From positions 598,710 through 629,532 of the forward strand of contig NW_025215381.1 in the NCBI RefSeq assembly GCF_004010195.1: a stretch of 30,823 nt of DNA. The letters are read 5' to 3'. Position numbers and translations under genes: made by a program. Positions 23,965 to 30,823 of this stretch are shown in pieces. This DNA comes from Chiloscyllium plagiosum (lineage: Eukaryota). The first letter of the stretch is position 1, and the number at the start of each line of letters is the position of its first letter. Below the pieces are notes generated by a model. The model did no database searches, was not told the DNA's origin, and saw only the letters and a program-made list of their open reading frames with translations.

Positions 23965-24198
23965 TGAGGGGTATAAGACAGGGTGGATAGCAGGACTTTC
24001 ACCCACCAGAGTGGGGGACTCAATCACTAATCATCATGAGTTCAAGGTGAGAGAGGAAAAGTTTAAGGGAGATATGCATGCTGAGGGGTATAAGACAGGG
24101 TGGATAGCAGGATTTTCACACACCAGAGTGGGGGACTCAATCACTAATCATCATGAGTTCAAGGTGAGAGAGGAAAAGTTTAAGGGAGATATGCATGC
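23965..24198. repeat. Tandem duplication, 2 x 117 bp
   Basis: 23965-24081 versus 24082-24198, two substitutions. Confidence 0.94.
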
Positions 24199-24411
24199 TA
24201 AGTTCTTCATACAGAGGGTGGTGGGTGCCTGGAATGTGTTGCTAGCAGAGGTGGTAGAGGCAGGTATGATAGCATAATTTAAGATGTATCTAGACAGATA
24301 CATGAATGGGCAGGGAGCAGTGGGATACAGGTTTGGATAGAGGACATGGATCAGCGCAGGCTTAGAGGGCCGAAGGGGCTGTTCCTGTGATGTAACTTCC
24401 TTTGTTTTAAC

Positions 24412-25160
24412 TGGCCCACCACAGATGTTAAGCTTTAGTTCCCAGGCTTTTCTTTACACCCTTCTTGAATAATGGCACAACATTTGCTACCCTCCATTCT
24501 ACCAGGATCTCACCTATGGCCAACAACGATGCAAAATTATCAGGGGCCCTGCAAAGTCTTCTCTAGCCTCTTGCAGTGTTCTTAGATATATCTGGTCAGG
24601 ACCAGGAGATTTATCCACCTGCATACACTGTAATACATCCTCTCATATGGACTGTCCACCAAGGACATGCAAGTCCTGAGCCACCACTAAATTCTAGCCA
24701 CCCGTTGCCTGAAGGAAGAACATCTCATGGTCTACCTTCAGACCTTCCCCTCCAACCACACAGGCTCAATGTCTAATTCATCAGTTTCCTGATCTCCTCT
24801 GCAGCCCCCCCAATCTAATGCCAAATCTCCACCTCAGCACCACCATCTTGAACTGTCCCACCTGTCCATCTTCTTTCTCACCTATCCACTCCACCCTCCG
24901 TTCTGACCGATCACTATCACTCCCCACCTTCATCTACCTATCTCAGCCCCACCCCCTCCTATTTATCTCTCAGCCCACTTGGATCCCCACCACACCCCCA
25001 ACGTTCCTGAAGAGCTTATGCTCGAAACAGTGACTCCCCTGCTCCTCAGATGTTTTTCCAGCAACACACTCTTTGACCCAAAATATCACCACTAACTTCC
25101 CAAGTTTCCAAATCTTCACGTCTTTCTCCATGGTAAACACTGCAAGAATATCATTTTCAG
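24412..25160 (-). mobile_element. CR1 pre-RT fragment (24412-24620 and 25078-25160) split by a PLE
   Basis: Left piece parallels 11045-11235; right piece translates NDILAVFTMEKD on the minus strand. Confidence 0.7.
24640..25077 (+). mobile_element. Neptune-type PLE 3' end with a broken hammerhead
   Basis: aaggacatgcaagtcctg (KDMQVL), ctgaaggaagaacatctc (LKEEHL); CTGAA-GAGC-TTAT-GCTC-GAAAC at 25007-25028 lacks 3 nt of the core; homologous to 22425-22870. Confidence 0.8.
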
Positions 25161-25575
25161 CCACAAAACAACTGCTACAGAACTTGGTAAATCTTTCAAA
25201 CTTAAAAATAGTAGTACTCAACAGTGCTGCAACTCAGACCACGGGCTCGAATGAGGACCATGATCACAAAACTAAATCAAGAACTCTTCTTTTTAAACTT
25301 TCATGTTAAAATTTCAATTCTTAACAATAGGTATTACATTGAGGTCCAAAGATACACAGACAAGAATGGAGATAACAAAGAAGAGATTGTTAACAATATG
25401 ACAGGCATCATCAACTCAAATGGGAGAGGGGTGCTGTTAAATATGGTAACAGAACTGCTAAAAGGAAAGCAAATTTAGGATCTGCATATTTTAATTAGAG
25501 AACTTGTGGGGACAAAGCACAATTTTGTGCCCAGCCAATACAAATTAGCATGTTCTAATTATTCAAAATCATTTA

Positions 25576-25773
<198 letters not shown>

Positions 25774-26645
25774 TTATTCATCAGCATATTACAAAATAGT
25801 TCAAGTCAGAAATTACATAAAACACAACATTTTGTAAATGTTTGAATATGGCCTTTGAATGCAGGCACCTAGAAGTGTATTGCTGAAATGAGGACTGTGA
25901 TGTTTTGACATGGCATTTCTCAGTTTAGCAATGCACTTTTAGGTGTCTGCATCCAAAAGTAATATTCAAACATTTACTAAATATGTCAAGAATCTATTTA
26001 CATTTCAACACAAACAACAAGATGTCCTTCAAGTTAACAGACCCTCGGGATATTGTGGCAGAAAGGTCTAAGACAATGGCTTGTTCCCCACTGTGCTTTG
26101 GCAGCCTATCCCACACTTTAATATATCCCTTAGCACATGTCCTGTGTCTTGGAATGTGCCTGTCTGCAACACCCTCCTGAGGATAATCAATCAGAATCAT
26201 AGAAAAGCACTGTATGGAAACAGACCCTTTGGTCCAACTTGCCCATGCTAACCAGATACGCTTAACTAATCTAGAACCATTTGCCAGCATTTGGCCCATA
26301 TCCCTCTAAACCCTTACTTTTCATATACTCATCCAGATGCCTTTTGAATATTGTAATTGTACTAGCTTCTACACCTCCTCTGCCAGCTCATTCCATACAC
26401 TCACCACCCTCTCTTAAGAAAACATTGCTTCTTACATCACTTTTAAATCTTTCCCCTCCCATCTTCAACCTATGCCCTCTAGTTCTGGACTCTGCCACCC
26501 CAGGGAAAAGACCTTGTCTATTCACCCTATCCACGTCCCTATGATTTTATAAACCTCAGCCTCCATCATTCAAAGGAAAACAGCCCAGCCTATTCAGCCC
26601 TTCCTTATAGCTCAAACCCTCCAACCCTGGCAACATTCTTGTAAA

Positions 26646-27067
26646 GCTGAAAATGTGTTGCTGGAAAAGCGCAGCAGGTCAGGCAGCATCCAAGGAACAG
26701 GACAATCGATGTTTCGGGCATGAGCCCTTCTTCAGGAATGAGGAAAGTGTGTCCAGCAGGCTAAGATAAAAGGTAGGGAGGAGGGACTTGGGGGAGGGGC
26801 GTTGGAAATGCGATAGGTGGAAGGAGAAATCTGAGTTCTCCAGTTTCCTCATTTCCTCTCCCCCCACCTTGTCTCAGTCAAATCCCTCAAACTCAGCACC
26901 GCCTTCCTAACCTGCAATGGTTGGTCCGGGTGTCCCAGAGATGTTCTCTGAAACGTTCCGCAAGTAGGCGGCCTGTCTCCCCGATATAGAGGCCACATCG
27001 GGCGCAGCGGATGCAGTAAATGATGTGTGTGGAGGTGCAGGTGAATTTGTGGCAGATATGGAAGGAA
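26646..27067 (-). mobile_element. Neptune-type PLE fragment: GIY-YIG N-terminal half, inverted internal piece and pLTR; 11-bp TSD
   Basis: FTCTSTHIIYCIRCARCGLYIGETGRLLAERFREH in ORF 26893..27183; ATTCTTGTAAA at 26635-26645 and 27068-27078. Confidence 0.92.
26708..26735 (-). ncRNA. Minimal hammerhead ribozyme motif
   Basis: CTGAAGA-A-GGGC-TCAT-GCCC-GAAA-CA-TC on the minus strand. Confidence 0.7.
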
Positions 27068-27384
27068 ATTCTTGTAAATTTTTTCTGAACGCTTTCAAGT
27101 TTCAGGTTTCCTAAAGCAGGGAGACCAGGATTAAATGCAATATTCCAAAAGTGGCCCAATTCTTTGAACTGGAAGATCAGCAATTTTCAGGCAGACTAGA
27201 GAACATTTTTCAACAAGTTGATGGATCCCTCATTTCCATCACTCAGGTAATCATCCCACTTTCTCCCTATCACTATGACCACATTGTACAGTAATGGTTT
27301 TGATCATTTTCATCCTTGCAATAAACTGCGGAAGCATAGAATCACAGAATCCCGACAGTACAGAGAGAGATGTGGGTGCCGTAT

Positions 27385-27655
27385 GTCTAGTTATTTCTAG
27401 CGCATCCCCAATTGCCCTTGCTGTGATAGTGGTCAGGTGCCTACTTGAATGCCACAATGAAGCTGTGGTGTGGTGATCGGATTTGTTTTGAATGGTGTTG
27501 GCTTATTGGGAGATGTATCCAAAGTCAGTGGAAACCATTCCATCACACTCCTGACTTGTAGATGGTAGACAGGCTTTTGGGAGACAGGAGGTGAGTTATC
27601 ACCTTACCCCTAACCTCATTTTGTAGTATAGTATTTATATGACTGGTCCTGTTCT
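27385..27655 (-). mobile_element. LINE RT C-terminal fragment (probably the same family as 8920-9145)
   Basis: THLLSPKSLSTIYKS in ORF 27543..27767; tail-like catccccaattgcccttg at about 27403. Confidence 0.55.
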
Positions 27656-28200
27656 GTTTCATTGAACACAAGAGGTGGTGGTTACAGAGATATAACCAAT
27701 TGTCTTTCACAAAAAGAGAGATACACAAGATCCTACAAAAACATTGTCCTTCAGGACAATGAGACAAAATCCTGATTTAAAATTGAAAAAGACATACATG
27801 CAAATTAATAAAACATGAAAAAGCACAGTAGAATATATTCTCAAAGAAATCAAGTATTTTCCTGAGCTGAACCTTTAACCAACACTCTGTATATTTCATT
27901 TAATATAAAAATGCTTTACACCAACATGTCAAACCTGTTACCAGCATCACTCCAGTTCTGAGGGAGGGTCACCAGACTTCTTTTTATTTCAAAAATATAC
28001 TTTATTCATAAAATTATTTGGACCTCTATACAATTGGTCATGCCATTCTTGTGCACATATTACATTGCTTTACATACAGACATCGAAATTTATTTTTCAT
28101 ATATACAAGCCTGTCCATTTACTATCCAGCTCTTCTGCAGAGGCGTCAGCAGAGCCCAAATGACTGCGTGGGCCCCCTGTTCTTCTTAGACAGGCAGATG

Positions 28201-29341
28201 TTATACGGTGGTCTTTCCCCACCGCGCCTTGGCGGCAGCTGCCCCAAGCTTCAGCGCATCACTCAACACGCCAGTCTGCAACACTCAGTCGGGGTCAACT
28301 CCTTCAGCTGGAAGATCAACAGGGTTCGGACCACCCAAAGAGCGTCCTTCACCGAGCTGACGATACTCCAGGCACAGCCGATGTTCGTCTCAGTGTGCAC
28401 CCCGGGGAACAGACCATAGAGCACGGAAAACCGCGTCACGGCACTGCTCGGGATTAACCTCGACAAATACCACTGCATTCCTCCCCAGACTTCTTCTGCA
28501 AAGGCACATTCCAGAAGGAGGTGTGTGACAGTCTCAGTACCCCCCCGCAGCTGCTTCGAGGGCAGCGTGTGGTGAGGCCGAGAGTCCGGACGTGCATAAA
28601 GGATCTCACAGGTCTTGGTGCTTGTTGGAAAGTTCTGGCGATGAGGCATTCTGCCAAATGACTTTGACAGTCTGCTCAGGGAACCGCTCGACAGGATTCG
28701 TCCTCTCCTTTTCCTGAAGGGTCTCAAGGACACTACGTGCTGACCACTTCCTGATGGACTTGTGGTCAAAGGTGTTTTTCCTTCATAAACTTCTCCACGA
28801 AGGACAGGTGATACGGAACGGTCCAACTACTCGGAGCGTTCCGCGGCAGCGAGGCCATCCTTTGCAACACTGGGGACAGGTAGAACCTCAGTACGTAGTG
28901 ACACTTGGTGTTTGCGTACCAGGGATCGACGCACAGTGGCCAAAGGTGGCTATCAGGGGGAGGATGGCAGGACGGCCAACCGTTCACTCTTACCCACTGG
29001 GGCGTACATGTTAATCAGTCTCAGGGGAGCATTCCTGTACATGACGTCAGTGACAAGAAGGCGCCCGCCCACCACCTCCTTAACCTCAGAGATGGTGAAG
29101 TTGCCTCCTTGCAACAGGATACCCAGGCCGGAGGTGCGGCTATCGTTGCCCCCCCTGACCAAACTGACGGCCCATGGGCCCACAAGCTCGACCATCTCCT
29201 GTAGCTGCTGAGGTGTGGTATCCCACACTCCTGCAGAAACAGGACATTGGCTTTAAAGTTGGCCAGGAAGGCTATCGTAGAAACACATCACGTAGCAGAT
29301 TTGATGCTACGCACATTGATACTGGCAATTTTTATCTCCAT
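28201..29341 (-). pseudogene. Tx1 ORF2 remnant: APE endonuclease N-terminus (29341-28968) fused to the post-RT C-terminus (28967-28201)
   Basis: MEIKIASINVRSIKSAT*...LFLQECGI...SGLGILL...GRLLVTDV..LRLINMYAP, then CVDPWYANTKCHYVLRFY...CPRSSCG..ETVTHLLLEC...WGKTTV*; one in-frame TGA and frameshifts. Confidence 0.88.
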
Positions 29342-29875
29342 TTGCTACTGGTCTTCACTCTCTGGAGTAGCTGTGTGCATCCCTGTGGTGACAGCTAACT
29401 ACTGGACCCTCCCAGACTGAGGTAGCTGACCGGCTCCACGCTGGAACCGTTTCCCCGCTCTGGTGACTTCGAGTCGGGCTCAGGGATTGCACAATCCAGT
29501 TCTCTGTCTGACAGCGGGGCTGTCACAGGACCACGGCTCCCAGTTACCTGAAACTGTGGGGCGTGGGTACCTCTTGGTTCTCACCAGGTGAGGGGTGGTC
29601 TTTACCCATCCCCTCAGAGGGATCGTCTTTTCCTGTTTGGGCGGTGCTGCCCTCCTTTTTCCCCACGGCGCTCTGTCTATTCCTCTGGTGACAACCCTCC
29701 TTGCGCCCGTCCTCACCATCCGAAGAGCTACCTGTATCCTCGTTGTGTAGGTGTCATTTCCCCCTTTGCTGGGTGGCTAGGTGACTTTGGGGGCCTGGCA
29801 AGGTTTCCTCTTCCTGCTTTTGACAGGTATCCAATCCTCTGCCTCCTTTATTCCCTCCTCTTCCATTTCCTCCAT

Positions 29876-30616
29876 CTATCTTGAAGGAGCTTGGATGGAC
29901 TGCTGCATGTTCCCACTGTATGCCATCTGCCATATTCCCACCTGCCCTTCCTGCACCATTGCCATGCTGTTTTGTGGTACCTTGCTGGTCTTATGTGGTC
30001 CACGGCTCGTGTTGCCACCTCCGGCCATCTTTGCATAGGTGGCAGCCCCTCGTCTTGGGCAGGCCTTGTACATGTGGCCCGCCTCTCCACACAGATTACT
30101 GTTCTTGGCCTCTTCACATTTCTTGATCGGGTGGCCTTCCTGCTTGCAGTTTCGACAGACGGCCACCTTACAATCCACCGCCATGTGGCCTGACCTCCCG
30201 CAGGTTGAGCACACTTTCAGCTGCCCTGCGTACGTCAGGTAACCTCTGCTTCCTCCGATGGCAAAGCTGGAGGGTGGGTGGAGGATGTTCTCACTGGCAT
30301 CGACCCTCAGGGTTACCCTGACCTGCTGCTTGCTAGTCCAGATCCCGAAAGGATCGGCCATATCGGTGCTTTCTCCCTCGACCTGGACATATCTTCTCAG
30401 GAAGGTCAGGACGTGGGGGTTGTACATATGGAATGTAACAGCCCGACTCCTCTGCGCAGGAAGCACACACGACGGGACCACTGACAAGTTGGAGAACAGA
30501 GGTTCCCCTTCCTTCTCCTTGAAGACTTTCAGGAGCTGCTCGCAATTCTTCACGCTCCTAAAGTTCACGTCCAAATAGCCTATCCCAGGGAAATCCTGCA
30601 GGCAGTACACATCTGC
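29876..30616 (-). pseudogene. Tx1 ORF1 remnant, ZCCHC3-like zinc-knuckle protein, 5' end interrupted
   Basis: CSTCGRSGHMAVDC, CRNCKQEGHPIKKC and SNLCGEAGHMYKAC preceded by GIWT..VRVTL...PSSFAIGGSRGYLTYAGQLKVC. Confidence 0.85.
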
Positions 30617-30823
30617 TTTTTTTTTTATTTCAAAAATATACTTTATTCATAAAATACTTTAATGGTCTGTACAGTTGGACATGCCATACATATGTAAATA
30701 TTCCATTTACATTTACAGGAAAACAGAGTAATCATTCCTATTTACAGGTCTGTTTGATTACATTTTTAGCTGAGGCGTCAGCAGAGCCCAAATGACTGCG
30801 CGGGTCCCCTGTTCTTCTTTAGG
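30617..30823 (-). mobile_element. 3' end of a second Tx1 copy (runs off the window)
   Basis: (T)n-atttcaaaaatatactttattcataaaat and gaggcgtcagcagagcccaaatgactgcg match 27979-28015 and 28140-28190. Confidence 0.9.

Larger units (their letters stand above)
22090..24410 (+). mobile_element. CR1 LINE (another subfamily), 5'-truncated, interrupted by a PLE and a MITE
   Basis: PGTYRPVSLTSMVGK, QHGFVQGRSSLTNL, YMDFSKAFDKVPH, QGLVLGPQLFVMYIN, QRDLGV, RVVGAWNVL, 3' tail gggccgaagggg. Confidence 0.93.
26195..27165 (-). mobile_element. HER1/CR1 3' end interrupted by a PLE
   Basis: 26195-26645 is the reverse complement of about 21590-22025; continues at 27068-27165 (ttttctgaac...gaccagga..tgcaatattccaa). 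Confidence 0.88.
27979..30616 (-). mobile_element. Tx1-clade (L1 group) non-LTR retrotransposon with an internal deletion of the RT domain
   Basis: ORF1 with CCHC knuckles, ORF2 endonuclease N-terminus, ORF2 C-terminal C..C...H...C motif, 3' UTR with AATAAA and an A-rich tail. Confidence 0.9.

Noticed and set aside
14302..24198. CRISPR-like or satellite array
   Set aside because: Repeats are two-copy duplications without spacers, in vertebrate DNA.
20159..24410. Active LINE reverse transcriptase gene
   Set aside because: All CR1 copies are truncated and carry frameshifts, stops or insertions.
29876..30610. Host ZCCHC3 gene
   Set aside because: It lies directly upstream of a decayed ORF2 and A-tail, is interrupted at its 5' end and has a mutated knuckle, so it is a retrotransposon ORF1.

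Overview
Eukaryotic (vertebrate) genomic DNA, almost certainly shark/elasmobranch given the HE1-type SINEs and HER1/CR1 LINEs. The only host-gene sequence I can support is one 66-nt minus-strand exon (25609-25674, [22 protein letters not shown]) of a MAP4K4/MINK1-type kinase, so the rest is most likely intronic. It is packed with nested, mostly decayed retroelements: CR1/HER1 LINEs, HE1 SINEs, a Tc1/mariner (Tigger/pogo-like) MITE, two Tx1-clade non-LTR elements and about ten Penelope-like element (PLE) fragments. Several PLE pseudo-LTRs keep minimal hammerhead ribozyme cores (CUGANGA-A-stem II-GAAA-CG/CA-UC). The most striking object is a 223-bp insertion flanked by a 14-bp target-site duplication, made mostly of a 94-bp near-perfect palindrome with one hammerhead on each strand (17954-18176). 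Also notable: a PLE with an internal inversion, a Tx1 element missing its whole RT domain, and five two-copy tandem duplications of 117-219 bp that may be assembly artefacts. Repeat family names come from recalled motifs, not database searches, and boundaries of old repeats are approximate.
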